Both the position numbers and the translations under genes were made by a program. A stretch of DNA of 64,000 nucleotides from a bacterium (GTDB taxonomy: Bacteria > UBA8248), in contig OZ244799.1 of the NCBI GenBank assembly GCA_965219955.1, positions 3,264,001 through 3,328,000 on the forward strand, read 5' to 3'. The notes beneath the pieces were generated by a model that saw only the letters and a list, made by a program, of their open reading frames with translations, was not told the DNA's origin and ran no database searches. Shown in pieces: positions 28,358 to 37,879 of the stretch (its first letter is position 1; each line of letters begins with the position of its first letter).

Positions 28358-30360
28358 CGCTGTTCCTCTTGTGATGGGTAAGTAGACGTAACCTCATCCG
28401 CTCCCGCTCCGCGCCGGAAACGCAAGGAAGCATCTACGGATCTCCAGCGTTGCCAGGCGACTACGGCCAGCAACAGGATGAAGCCGGTTCCGTTCATTGT
28501 AATCGAGTAAGGGATAAACAAAAGCCCGGAGGCCACCAGGAGCATGCGCTCCACGATGTGAAGCTCCCGCAGCATTCTTCCCTGGACGCCGTAAGTGAAG
28601 GCCAGGATCCCCAGGAGGGAAGTCCCGACAGCGTAAACCACTTCCCCGGGGCTTCCGATAAAAACGAGGCCGGGGCTGTATACGAACATGAACGGGACGA
28701 TGAACGCCGCCAGCCCGATGCGTATCGCCAGGAATCCCGTCCGCAGCGGAGGCGCCTTGGCTATGGCGGCGCCCGCGTATGCGGCCAATGCGACCGGCGG
28801 GGTGATCGCCGAAATAATGCCGGAATACAAGACGAAGAGGTGCGCCGATATCTTGGGCACGCCCGCCTTCACCAGGGAAGGCGCGATCAGCACCGCCAGA
28901 ATAATGTAGGCCGGCATCGTGGGCATCCCCATCCCGAGCAGAATGCTGGTCACCATGCCGATCACCAGCATCGGAAGCAAAGCTTCATGAGCCAGTTCGA
29001 GGAGGGCGAAGGAAACCTTCGCCCCCAGGCCCGTCAGCGTGAAGATGCTCACCACGATTCCCGCGCACGCGCAGGCTAGCGCGACCTGCAACGTGGCCAT
29101 TGTTCCCGCACGAAGCGCGTCGAGGATCTGCCGGGGCGACAAGCGACTGGCGGCTTTCAGGGAGCTGACGGCGACCGTAGCCACAATCGCCCAGAAACCC
29201 GATTTCGTCGGGGACCAGTGCATGTACATCAACATGAAAACGAGAATGACCGGGGGGGCGAGAAAGGGCCAGCCTTCCGAGAGGAGCCGCAGCGGCCTGG
29301 GGAGCTCCGACCGATCCATCCCCCGAAGCCCCAGGCGCACGGCTTCGAGGTCCACGGCGATGAACACCGCGACGTAATAGAGGATGGCGGGCAGCAGCGC
29401 CATGACGATAATCTCTCTGTATGTGACGTGGATCATCTCGATCATGATGAAAACGGCCGCACCCATGATGGGGGGCATGAACTGGCCGCCTGTCGAGGAC
29501 ACCGCCTCGACCGCAGCGGCGAAGGTGGGCTGGTACCCCAGACGCTTCATCATCGGTATGGTGAACGTCCCCGTGCCCACGACGTTGGCCGTGGCGCTGC
29601 CCGATATCGTGCCGAAAAGAGTGCTCCCCACAACCGCGACTTTCGCCGGTCCGCCCCGCACTCGCCCGAAAAGCCCGAAGGCGAGATCGATGAAAAACCG
29701 GCCCGCGCCGGTCTCTTGAAGAAATGCCCCGAAGGTGATGAACAGAATGACGAATGTGGCTGAAACCCCGATCGGAAACCCGTAAATACCTTCCGTACTG
29801 GTGTAGGAGTGCTGCAGAATCCGCCCCCAGTCGTAACCGCGGTGCCCGAAGATGCCCGGCATGTTCGGACCCCAATAGGCGTAGACAACGAATGCCACGG
29901 CGACCAGCGGCAGCGTCCAGCCGATGACCCTCCGGGTTGCTTCGAGAACCAGGATGATGGCGACGATTCCGAGGAGCATGTCCGTTAAGTTCGGGTTCCC
30001 GTCCCGGAAGGTGAGCACGTGGTATTGATCGATGATGTAGAGGCCTATGGTGATGCTTCCGATAACGAGAAGGGTGTCGAGCGCTCGACCGAAAACATAG
30101 TACCGCTCCTTCGTTGCAGTCGGGTAAAGGAGGTATGTGAGAACCAGGATCGGACTCAAGTGAATCGAGCGCTGAATGAGCGCTCCGTACGCACCGGCGA
30201 AACCCGTGTACAGGTGGAAAACCGCCACTGCAATGGCCAGCCAGGTGATGACCGGGTTGAGGAAACGCTCGAAGGCGTTGTCCGGGCGTACCCGGCCGTG
30301 AACGATTGCCCCCGCCTCTTCCGGATCCGGCGGTTGTTTCGGTTCGCCATTCGCATCCAC
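28354..30360 (-). CDS. TRAP transporter 4TM/12TM fused permease (TAXI type)
   Basis: GGPAKVAV, GSATANV, EAVSSTGGQFMPP, LGMGMPT and ITPPVALAA motifs. Confidence 0.95.
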   Translation of the reverse strand: MDANGEPKQPPDPEEAGAIVHGRVRPDNAFERFLNPVITWLAIAVAVFHLYTGFAGAYGALIQRSIHLSPILVLTYLLYPTATKERYYVFGRALDTLLVIGSITIGLYIIDQYHVLTFRDGNPNLTDMLLGIVAIILVLEATRRVIGWTLPLVAVAFVVYAYWGPNMPGIFGHRGYDWGRILQHSYTSTEGIYGFPIGVSATFVILFITFGAFLQETGAGRFFIDLAFGLFGRVRGGPAKVAVVGSTLFGTISGSATANVVGTGTFTIPMMKRLGYQPTFAAAVEAVSSTGGQFMPPIMGAAVFIMIEMIHVTYREIIVMALLPAILYYVAVFIAVDLEAVRLGLRGMDRSELPRPLRLLSEGWPFLAPPVILVFMLMYMHWSPTKSGFWAIVATVAVSSLKAASRLSPRQILDALRAGTMATLQVALACACAGIVVSIFTLTGLGAKVSFALLELAHEALLPMLVIGMVTSILLGMGMPTMPAYIILAVLIAPSLVKAGVPKISAHLFVLYSGIISAITPPVALAAYAGAAIAKAPPLRTGFLAIRIGLAAFIVPFMFVYSPGLVFIGSPGEVVYAVGTSLLGILAFTYGVQGRMLRELHIVERMLLVASGLLFIPYSITMNGTGFILLLAVVAWQRWRSVDASLRFRRGAGADEVTSTYPSQEEQR

Positions 30361-30381
30361 TGCACGACTCCCTCGAGGTGA

Positions 30382-30413
30382 TCGGCGCCCCCGCTCTCAG
30401 GCGGGAGCGCCGA
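30382..30413 (-). terminator. intercistronic hairpin after TAXI gene (attenuator / mRNA stabiliser)
   Basis: TCGGCGCCCCCGC-loop-GCGGGAGCGCCGA stem between the SBP and permease genes. Confidence 0.5.
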
Positions 30414-30430
30414 AATACCCGTGCGGCAAA

Positions 30431-31399
30431 TTATTTAATGCCCTTTTCCTTGAAGTAACGCGCAGCGCCGGGATGAATGGGAATGGGAATTTTCCCGGCG
30501 GAACCGGGAAGCTTGTACTTCGACCCGGCGCGGTGAATGGCGGCGAGCTCGGCGGTCTTCTCGAGGACCGTTTTCGTCACCGCGTAGACCGTCGCGTTGT
30601 CCATGTCCGCGTGGGTGATGACGATGGTCGCCGACGCCATCGCCCCGACGTCTCCCTTCATGCCGCCGTAAGTGCCCTTGGGAATGCTCGAAGGCGTCCA
30701 GTATGGATGTACCTTATTGATTTTCTTCATGTCCTCCATAGAGACGGGGACCAATCTCACGTCGTGCGTCGAAGTGATGTCTTTTACCGCGCCTCCCGGA
30801 ATTCCGGCGAGTTGAATGGTCGCGTCAATGGTTCCGTCCTTGAGCGCCGCGACAGCTTCCGTCTGGGTCAGATGATCCGTTCGGGCGAACTGCTTGGTGC
30901 TGATCCCCAGGACCTCCAGCATCGCCACGCCCATCACCGCCGTGGAGCTTCCAGGCTGGCCGATGGATATCCGTTTTCCTTTATAGTCATACAAACTCTT
31001 GATGCCCGACTTCCTGAGCGTCACGAAATGCTCGATGCTGGCGTGGCCGCTCATCAGTGCGCGGAGCTTGTATTTTTCTCCCGGCTTGAATCGCCCGCCT
31101 CCTTTCACCGCGAAGTAGGCGGCGTCCGGGGTCGTCAGGCCAAAATCGGCCCTTTTGGTTCCGATGAGGCGCGTGTTGCCGAAACCGCCTCCCGTGACTT
31201 CGGCGTTCGCCCGCATCCCCGGAATGTATTTGGACAATAACTTGGCCATTCCGGTTGCGACCACGATGTACGTTCCACCCGAAGCGCCGCCGGCGATGGT
31301 GACGAACTTCTTGGCGGCTTGGGCGGAAGAAATCGTCATCGCCAAAACGGCGATGACCACCACTGCGAACTGAATGAACGTCTTCATTGCGCGTATCAT
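30431..31399 (-). CDS. TAXI family TRAP substrate-binding protein
   Basis: Signal peptide (SAQA-AKK), GGASGGTY, TGGGFGN, GQPGSS and PIHPGAARYF. GGAGG SD upstream. Confidence 0.93.
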   Translation of the reverse strand: MIRAMKTFIQFAVVVIAVLAMTISSAQAAKKFVTIAGGASGGTYIVVATGMAKLLSKYIPGMRANAEVTGGGFGNTRLIGTKRADFGLTTPDAAYFAVKGGGRFKPGEKYKLRALMSGHASIEHFVTLRKSGIKSLYDYKGKRISIGQPGSSTAVMGVAMLEVLGISTKQFARTDHLTQTEAVAALKDGTIDATIQLAGIPGGAVKDITSTHDVRLVPVSMEDMKKINKVHPYWTPSSIPKGTYGGMKGDVGAMASATIVITHADMDNATVYAVTKTVLEKTAELAAIHRAGSKYKLPGSAGKIPIPIHPGAARYFKEKGIK

Positions 31400-31518
31400 T
31401 TTCCGTCCTCCTTGGTTGGGTAGACAAAGAGCCTTCCTTGCTCTCCCGGAAGGATAATGAAGCAACAACAAGAGTCCGTATCCAAATGATTCGCAATAAA
31501 TTTCCGAAAGCAGGATTT

Positions 31519-32298
31519 CTATGCCTGGGTTTCCATCCAGCCCAGGGACGCCGAAACCTCCCGGGCGGCTTCGACGACCTGGACAGCAAGGATTTCCCGG
31601 TTCGAGTTCTCGATCCGGTGAACCGGGGCCGAGAGCGTCATGGAAGCCGCAACATCGCCGCGTTCATCCAGTACCGGTGCGGAAACCGCCCTGGCCCCGA
31701 CGATGAACTCCTGATCGCTGTACGCGTAGCCCTTCTCACGAATCTCCTCGATCTGTTTTCTTAACTCGGCGGGGTCGGTAATCGTGTTTTCCGTCACCCT
31801 CGAGAGCTTCTGCTGCACGATCGTTTCGATATCACGATCCGGCAAAAAGGCGAGCAGGGCTTTCGACGCCGCCCCGACGTGCAGTGGCCGCACCTCTCCC
31901 ACGAAAAACCGGGAGATGATCCTTTGGCGGCTTTCGATGCTCTCGATGCAAATGGTTTCCCGGCCCGACTTGATGCACAGGAATGTTGTTTCCCCCGTTT
32001 CCGAGGTAAGCCTTCTCATGACGGGAAGGGCGAGTTCGCAAAGGGTTCCATTTTGTCCGTTTTGAGAAACGTTTTTCGAGAGGAGGGAGAGGGAAGGCCC
32101 CAGCCGGTATTTCCCGTATTCGGCGGAAGCGTCCACGAAGCCCCTGGTCTGGAGGGTCTTGAGGAATCGGTACGTCGTGCTTTTGGGCAGCCGGATCTCG
32201 GAGGAGATCTCATCTACAGAAGAAGAGCCGGACCCGTGGGCTATCGCCCAGAGGAGATCGATGGCCTTGTCTATCGTCTTCATGGAAGAGGTAGACAT
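31519..32298 (-). CDS. IclR family transcriptional regulator
   Basis: LPKSTTYRFLKTL HTH, TGET, GAASKALLAF and IREKGYA motifs. Confidence 0.93.
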   Translation of the reverse strand: MSTSSMKTIDKAIDLLWAIAHGSGSSSVDEISSEIRLPKSTTYRFLKTLQTRGFVDASAEYGKYRLGPSLSLLSKNVSQNGQNGTLCELALPVMRRLTSETGETTFLCIKSGRETICIESIESRQRIISRFFVGEVRPLHVGAASKALLAFLPDRDIETIVQQKLSRVTENTITDPAELRKQIEEIREKGYAYSDQEFIVGARAVSAPVLDERGDVAASMTLSAPVHRIENSNREILAVQVVEAAREVSASLGWMETQA

Positions 32299-32303
32299 TG
32301 AAT

Positions 32304-32369
32304 TTCTCAGATATAGAGAATATTATTCTTATTAATTAGTAATATAGGTTTTGCTCCCGTATTTGTCAA
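32304..32369 (-). promoter_or_regulatory. sigma70 promoter and palindromic operator for the iclR-TRAP operon
   Basis: Minus-strand TTGACA(32369-32364)-17 nt-TATATT(32346-32341). Palindrome TTCTC-N7-GAGAA at 32304-32320, just upstream of the iclR start. Confidence 0.7.
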
Positions 32370-32465
32370 TCGAGAATTCCGTCGTCCCGACAACGCACCC
32401 CGGCGGGCGGAGCCGCCCCCCGGGAGGGCAATGGCAACCCCCTTGAAAGGGAAATCCCATAAACC

Positions 32466-32610
32466 ACCCCCCCCTACCCCCCCTTGTCAGGGGTCAAACG
32501 CGAGTGATGAACGAGCGTTTGCATAAGCCATTGACGAAAAACACATCGTCTTGCAAAACCTCCCTCTTCGGTCGGTTTTGACCCCTGTCAAGGGGGGGTA
32601 GGGGGGTTGC
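32466..32610. mobile_element. ~145-bp MITE-like palindromic element, copy 1
   Basis: Ends CCCCCCTACCCCCCCTTGTCAGGGGTCAAA / TTTGACCCCTGTCAAGGGGGGGTAGGGGGG. A near-identical inverted copy lies at 34260-34402. Confidence 0.75.
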
Positions 32611-32783
32611 CTTTCGACGAGGAGGGCGGGGCCGGGCGCCTGATCCAACAACGGCGAAAAACGTACTATACTCCTGATGTTCCCCGGAATTATCGGGAGG
32701 AGGGCAGGGCCGCTTTTCGGGCCGTTCGCCATTCCTGATGTCTCGATTCGCCATTATCGTGTCCAACCTGAAAGGAGGCTCCG

Positions 32784-33812
32784 ATGCGCGCGGTGGTTCT
32801 GCATGAATGGGGAGGTCCCCTGACGCTCGAGACGGTGCCCGACCCGGCGCCGGGCCACGGAGAAGTCGTGCTGCGCGTGCGCGCCTGCGCGCCGGACCAG
32901 TTCGACGTGACCATCCGCGCGGGCCGGATCGGCGGGAAGCTGCCCCTCATCATGGGGCACGAGATCGCGGGCGAGGTGGCGGCCCTCGGGCCGGGCGTCG
33001 AGGGATGGGCCGAGGGCGACCGCGCGGTCGTCCACGCCTATCTCACCTGCGGGCGGTGCCGCTTCTGCCGGCTCGGCCGGGTTACGCTCTGCGAGAATTT
33101 CCTGGGCTACTTCGGCGTGCACCGGGACGGCGGCTACGCCGAGTACGTGCGGGTCCCGGCGGGGAACCTGTGCGCCATTCCCGATGGCGTGGGCTACGCC
33201 GAGGCCACGACCATCGTGAGCCCGGTGGCGACCCCTCTCAAGGCCATCAAGACGCGCGCGGGTGTGAGGCCCGGGGACGACGTGGTCGTCGTCGGCGCCT
33301 GCGGCGGGGTGGGGATCCACGCCGTCCAGATCGCAAAAGCCTTCGGCGCGCGCGTCGTCGCGGTGGACATCGACGACGCCAAGCTCGCCCGCGCGCGTGA
33401 GCTGGGCGCGGACCACGTCGTGAACGGCCTGAAGGAGGACTTCGCCGAGGCCGCGCGGGAGGTCACCGGCGGCGAGGGCGCGGACGCCGTGCTGGAGTTC
33501 GTGGGCACGGAGGGGACGCTGCCGAAGAGCTTCGCTTCGCTCGCGCGGACGGGCGTGCTCGTCGTCGTGGGCTTTCAGCCGGGCGCCGTCTTCGCGAGCG
33601 ACCCGACGCGCTTCGTGAACGACGAGATCACGGTAACGGGTTCGCGCTACGTGAACCGCGCGGAGCTGGCCGAGGCCGCCGACTGGGTCGGGGCGGGCCG
33701 GGTGAAGCCGGTCGTATCAAAGACGTACCCCCTGGCCGATGTGGAACAGGCGCTGGCCGACCTCTCGGAGAACAAGGTGGTCGGCCGCGCGCCGGTCCTC
33801 ATCGACGCGTGA
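32784..33812 (+). CDS. zinc-binding alcohol dehydrogenase (MDR) family protein
   Basis: GHEIAG, CGRCRFCRLGRVTLC structural Zn motif and GACGGVG. AGGAGG SD upstream. Confidence 0.92.
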   Translation: MRAVVLHEWGGPLTLETVPDPAPGHGEVVLRVRACAPDQFDVTIRAGRIGGKLPLIMGHEIAGEVAALGPGVEGWAEGDRAVVHAYLTCGRCRFCRLGRVTLCENFLGYFGVHRDGGYAEYVRVPAGNLCAIPDGVGYAEATTIVSPVATPLKAIKTRAGVRPGDDVVVVGACGGVGIHAVQIAKAFGARVVAVDIDDAKLARARELGADHVVNGLKEDFAEAAREVTGGEGADAVLEFVGTEGTLPKSFASLARTGVLVVVGFQPGAVFASDPTRFVNDEITVTGSRYVNRAELAEAADWVGAGRVKPVVSKTYPLADVEQALADLSENKVVGRAPVLIDA

Positions 33813-33832
33813 GGGCGAACGAGAGCGGGGAG

Positions 33833-34153
33833 GGGGTATTGAAAAAGTCACTTCGCCCCTAGCAGCGTCCCCGTTCGCCTCATCCTGAGTAGCGGCCCCT
33901 CGACTTCGCTCGGGGCAGGCTCCGCCCCCCATCTTCCTCATCCTGAGTAGCCGCCGAAGGCGGCGTATCGAAGGTCAATCGCGCCCAATGCGGAAGCGAT
34001 TGCTCCGCATGTCGGAAGACGCCTTCCATCCTTCGATACGGCGCTTACGCGCCTACTCAGGATGAGGTTTTATGGCCACCTGCGCGCTAGGAAGGAGGGC
34101 CGCCGCGTAACCCCATATGGCCCGCTCCCGAATCAGGTTTTTTCAACAGCCCC
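33833..34153. mobile_element. TIR-bounded MITE-like element containing CCTCATCCTGAGTAG...CTACTCAGGATGAGG palindrome
   Basis: Ends GGGGTATTGAAAAA and TTTTTCAACAGCCCC, with internal CGTATCGAAGG/CCTTCGATACG inverted pairs. Confidence 0.6.
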
Positions 34154-34259
34154 TCAAGGGGGAGTAAAGTCTCCTCCTTCCCCGGTTGGCTTTATACGCA
34201 GAATCACGAGAGCAGGACTTTTTCAGGAGGTAGAGGGAGCTTTCCTCTCGACTGGAAAA

Positions 34260-34402
34260 GCAACCCCCCTACCCCCCTTGTCAGGGGTCAAAACCGACCG
34301 AAGAGGGAGGTTTTGCAAGACGATGTGTTTCTCGTCAATGGCTCATGCAAACGCTCGTTCATCACTCGCGTTTGACCCCTGTCAAGGGGGGGTGGGGGGG
34401 GT
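34260..34402. mobile_element. ~145-bp MITE-like element, copy 2 (inverted relative to 32466-32610)
   Basis: Reverse complement matches copy 1 along its length, with few substitutions. Confidence 0.75.
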
Positions 34403-34405
34403 TCC

Positions 34406-34675
34406 GTAGGGGCCGCATACATGCGGCGGGATATTTCGAAATTCTCCTGATTCCGGCATGCGCCGGAATGACGAACAAAACCGCACCGCCTCATCCTGAG
34501 TAGGCGCGTAAGCGCCGTATCGAAGGATGCCTTCTCGTCCCGGTGCGAGCCCCTCGCCCTTCGATACGCCGCCCTTCGACAAGCTCAGGACAGGCTCTTC
34601 GGCGGCTACTCAGGGTGAGGAAAGAAGCGTTGGCGGTTTCCAGGGGACGCATACGGGGCTTTTTCAACAGTTCCT
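34406..34675. repeat. cluster of GTAG/CGTC-type palindromic repeats; includes ~185-bp unit repeated at 42913-43107
   Basis: GTAGGGGCCGCATACATGCGGC and ATTCCGGCATGCGCCGGAATGACG palindromes. A 71-bp block (34555-34625) is identical to 42989-43059. Confidence 0.75.
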
Positions 34676-34700
34676 CACCAATCGGGCTTGCCCCCACCGG

Positions 34701-35543
34701 TCAGGTGATCGCAGGCTTCCAGTCGTAGATCCGCTGCAGGGCGCCTCCCATGAGGGTTGCGCGTTCGTCGTCGCTCAGGCGGTCCGTGAGGCGGAACGGC
34801 GCGACGCCCTGCTCGTAGGTCAGCAGGTGGACCGCGCGCGTCCAGTCGGTGCCCCACAGGCAGCGGTCGAGGCCGAACGCGTCGAAGACACGGCAGAGCG
34901 GCTCCCAGATGTCGTCGTAGGGGTAGGGTTCGCGGGACAGCGTGCAGGCGCCGGTGATCTTGACAGCGACGTTGTCGTAATCCGCAAGCGCGAGGAGAGC
35001 GGGGAGGTCGGCGAATGGTTCCGGCGGCGCCGGCGGGTGGAAAGGCTGCTCAAGTCCCAGGTGATCGAGGATCAGCATCGCGCCCGGATGCGCGCGCGCA
35101 TACCGCGCGAAATGCTCCAGCATGCCCCAGCACATGAGATTCACCGGCAGCGAGGCGCGGGCGGCGGCGGCGAGAACCCGGTCGATTCCCGGATGTTCCG
35201 GATCGAGGCCGGGGCCGGGGTTCAGCATGACCCGCACCCCCACCGTCCCTGGAACGGCGGCCCAGTCGGCAATCGTCTCCGCGACAGCCGGGTCGGTCGG
35301 GTCGACCGGCTTGATCAGGGCGAACCGGCCCGGATGCGCGGCGTGAACCTCGAGCGCGTAGGAGGCGTCGTAGCGGTAGAGGGCGAACGGCGAGATGAGC
35401 ACGGCGGCGTCCACGCCGACGGCGTCCATGGCCGCGGCCATGGCCTCACCGGTGACCTCGGGCGGCCCCGGCAGATCGCCCGCCCACGGCCGCCCCGGGT
35501 GGTTCCGCTCATAGGCGTGGACCTGGGCGTCTATCGTCAGCAT
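34701..35543 (-). CDS. amidohydrolase_2 family protein (lactonase-like)
   Basis: IDAQVH, ILDHLG, VAVKITG and CLWGTDW motifs. Confidence 0.88.
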   Translation of the reverse strand: MLTIDAQVHAYERNHPGRPWAGDLPGPPEVTGEAMAAAMDAVGVDAAVLISPFALYRYDASYALEVHAAHPGRFALIKPVDPTDPAVAETIADWAAVPGTVGVRVMLNPGPGLDPEHPGIDRVLAAAARASLPVNLMCWGMLEHFARYARAHPGAMLILDHLGLEQPFHPPAPPEPFADLPALLALADYDNVAVKITGACTLSREPYPYDDIWEPLCRVFDAFGLDRCLWGTDWTRAVHLLTYEQGVAPFRLTDRLSDDERATLMGGALQRIYDWKPAIT

Positions 35544-35647
35544 GTCTTGCGTCCCCCCTCCCGGCGGGCAGGTGCGCAGGATTCGCGTCCCGCTACGCTA
35601 CCACATCGACCATTCGAAGCGCACGGCTCTTCATGGTGGGTTCAACG

Positions 35648-36513
35648 CCCCCTTGTCCGGGGTTGTTGAGAAAGTCCTGCAATACCGGAATGACGGCAAT
35701 GGTATCCCGCCTTGGCGTAGGTAGTGTAGGGGCCGCATACATGCGGCCCGTCGTTGGAAGGCAAAAAGGCCGGGTCGCATATATGCGACCCCTACACACA
35801 AGAGATCCGCCCGGTGAAGGCTTTTTCAAGCGGTGGGGGGTACGATGGTTTTGTAGGGACAGGCCTCCGTGCCTGTCCTGCCCTTCGTGGTTGTCCTTCG
35901 TCAGGACAGGCACGGAGGCCTGTCCCTACAGAACCACCACGCCAGTCCGTAATCACTCCCCCCTTGAGGGGCTTGTTGAAAAACCCCCTCATCCCGAGTA
36001 GGCGCGCTTGCGCGCCGTATCGAGGGACGAGGGAGAGCCGGGAGCCTGGCCTGAGATTGTCGATGGGGAGCGCCCTTCGATACAAACGCTCCTTTCTCAG
36101 TCGCGTTTTACCTTCGGCGGCTACTCAGGGTGAGGCGGCGTGGTTTTGTTCGTCATTCCGGCGAAAGCCGGAATCCATTTTGACTTTTTGCTTTTCGCAT
36201 TGATTCATGCTCGACAAAGCCGCAATCAAACGCCTGAACGCATCCGCCCTCATCGGCTCCGGACTCCGCATTCTCTCCCGTCCCGAGCGGGGCTGACGCC
36301 GGAATAACGATCAAAGACGAAAGGCGAAAATGGATTCCGGCTTTCGCCGGAATGACGGTGGTTTTCCCGCATTGAGGGGCTTTTTCAACAGGCCCCTCAA
36401 GGGGGGAGTGATTCCTCTCTCCTTGGGCTTTTTCAACAATCCCGTCAAGGGGGGGTAGGGGGGGTTGCTTTTCGAGACAGCGTTTTTGTAGGGGCCGTTC
36501 GTGAACGGCCCTC
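35648..36513. repeat. nested array of palindromic repeats and TIR ends
   Basis: TIR ends at 35659, 35969, 36381 and 36429. GTAG REPs at 35725, 35853 and 36488. CGTCATTCCGGCGAAAGCCGGAATCC and its inverse at 36151 and 36331. CACTCCCCCCTTGAGGGG/CCCCTCAAGGGGGGAGTG arms. Confidence 0.8.
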
Positions 36514-37480
36514 ACCGCCCGTAGCGCAGCCTCGCTACGGCGCCCTGTTTCGCGATCTGTCCCTGCGCGTAGCGGCCCGGCATGGCCGGCGAGCGCCAGC
36601 GGCCGGCGAGCTGCATCTCGACCAGGGAGGCCCCCGCGCTCGCCAGGCTCTGCGCGCCCCCCACCCGGAGGCTGTGGCCGCTCACGCGCCCCTCGGCGCC
36701 CGCGGCCTTCCCCCACCGCGCGATGACGCCCCGGATGCTCCTGTCCGTCAGGCGCCCGGGCCGAAGCCGCCCCCCCTTGTAGACGGGCCGGAAGAGCGCT
36801 CCCTCCTCGATGCCCGCGCGCGCCAGCCAGGCCCGGATGCGCTCCACCGTCGGCGCCCCGAGGAACTGCACGACGCCCAGGCCCTCCTGGTCCGTCTTCG
36901 AGCGCCGGATCCGCACCGTCTGCTCGCCCAGGTCCACGTCCGCAACGTCCAGGGCCGCGACCTCCGACACCCGCAGCAGCGCGTCGCTCGCCACCGCCAC
37001 GATCGCGGCGTCACGCACGCCCCCCAGGGTCCCCGTCCCCTCCGCCAGCGTCGCCGCAAGGTCCGCCTCCTCCCAGCGCACCCCGGCCACCTGGCCGCGG
37101 CCGCGCTCCGAACCCAGACGCCTGAAGCCCGCCAGGGCGCGCAGCGCCGAAGGACCCACCGGAGAGGAGCGGCCGCCCAGCCTCGCCCGGAACCGCAGCG
37201 CCGCAACCGCCATCGAGGCGCAGGCCGCCGAGCGGCCCTTCTCGAAGAGCCCCGTGAGGTAGGCCGCCACCCCGGCGTCGGTCTCGGGATACCCCGAATC
37301 CTCGAAACCGCGCAGCGCCGCCTCGTAGGCGCGGCGCGTGTTCTCGGCGATAGAGGCGCGCACCAGATCAGACGCCGCGCGGAACGGACCGAAGCGCGTC
37401 GGGCGGCCTTCGTCGGGTTTTTCCAGGGGGGAGCGTCTCCCCGGCGTCGCGGGTCTCGCCCATGGTTCTCCGTTGTCCAT
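36512..37480 (-). CDS. tyrosine recombinase/integrase (Cre-like, with N-terminal SAM-like domain)
   Basis: AENTRRAY, RDAA...LLRVSE (Arg), RRSKTDQEG (Lys), SGHSLRVG (HxxR), GRW and RYA (Tyr). Start is uncertain (37480 or upstream). Confidence 0.9.
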   Translation of the reverse strand: MDNGEPWARPATPGRRSPLEKPDEGRPTRFGPFRAASDLVRASIAENTRRAYEAALRGFEDSGYPETDAGVAAYLTGLFEKGRSAACASMAVAALRFRARLGGRSSPVGPSALRALAGFRRLGSERGRGQVAGVRWEEADLAATLAEGTGTLGGVRDAAIVAVASDALLRVSEVAALDVADVDLGEQTVRIRRSKTDQEGLGVVQFLGAPTVERIRAWLARAGIEEGALFRPVYKGGRLRPGRLTDRSIRGVIARWGKAAGAEGRVSGHSLRVGGAQSLASAGASLVEMQLAGRWRSPAMPGRYAQGQIAKQGAVARLRYGR

Positions 37481-37635
37481 CGTTTGTCCGGCGTCCTGAA
37501 GTTCCGGCGGCGATTCCCGTTCAAGGGGCTGCCATCCCGGGTCCACGCCACATATATGTCGCCTTCCCGATCCCATGCAACATATATAAGGCCGAAAAGG
37601 AAGAATCGCCCGCCGGAATCGTTTTTTTTACCCTA

Positions 37636-37879
37636 TCTTTACAGCAATCCCTGTCTTTTCTTTACGGCAATCCCTGTCCTTGCCGCAATTACATTCTTAT
37701 AACTGTTATTATCAGAAAATATAACACCTCTCACGACCATGTCAAGCGCGATTTCGGGGTCCCCGGAGGGGTTTCGGGCGCCGTTTCGCGTCTTTTTTCG
37801 CTCATTTTCGGCCCGAATGCGCCCCGAAACGGCTCTCCCGGCGGAGAACGGGGCTTCCAGTGTCCAGTAATAACAGTTA
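37636..37879. promoter_or_regulatory. putative recombination/accessory site next to recombinase
   Basis: Tandem 23-mer TCTTTAC(A/G)GCAATCCCTGTC(T/C)TT at 37636-37681. Exact inverted 12-mers TAACTGTTATTA (37700-37711) and TAATAACAGTTA (37868-37879). Confidence 0.5.

Noticed and set aside
34062-36203. Short ORFs inside repeat clusters (also 42334-43554, 9521-9848)
   Set aside because: They are translations of palindromic repeats (e.g. PFDKLRTG, PPLRG), with no SD or domain support.
33830-36510. Repeat clusters as a CRISPR array
   Set aside because: No constant direct repeat with regular unique spacers and no cas genes. The repeats are palindromic and of mixed families.
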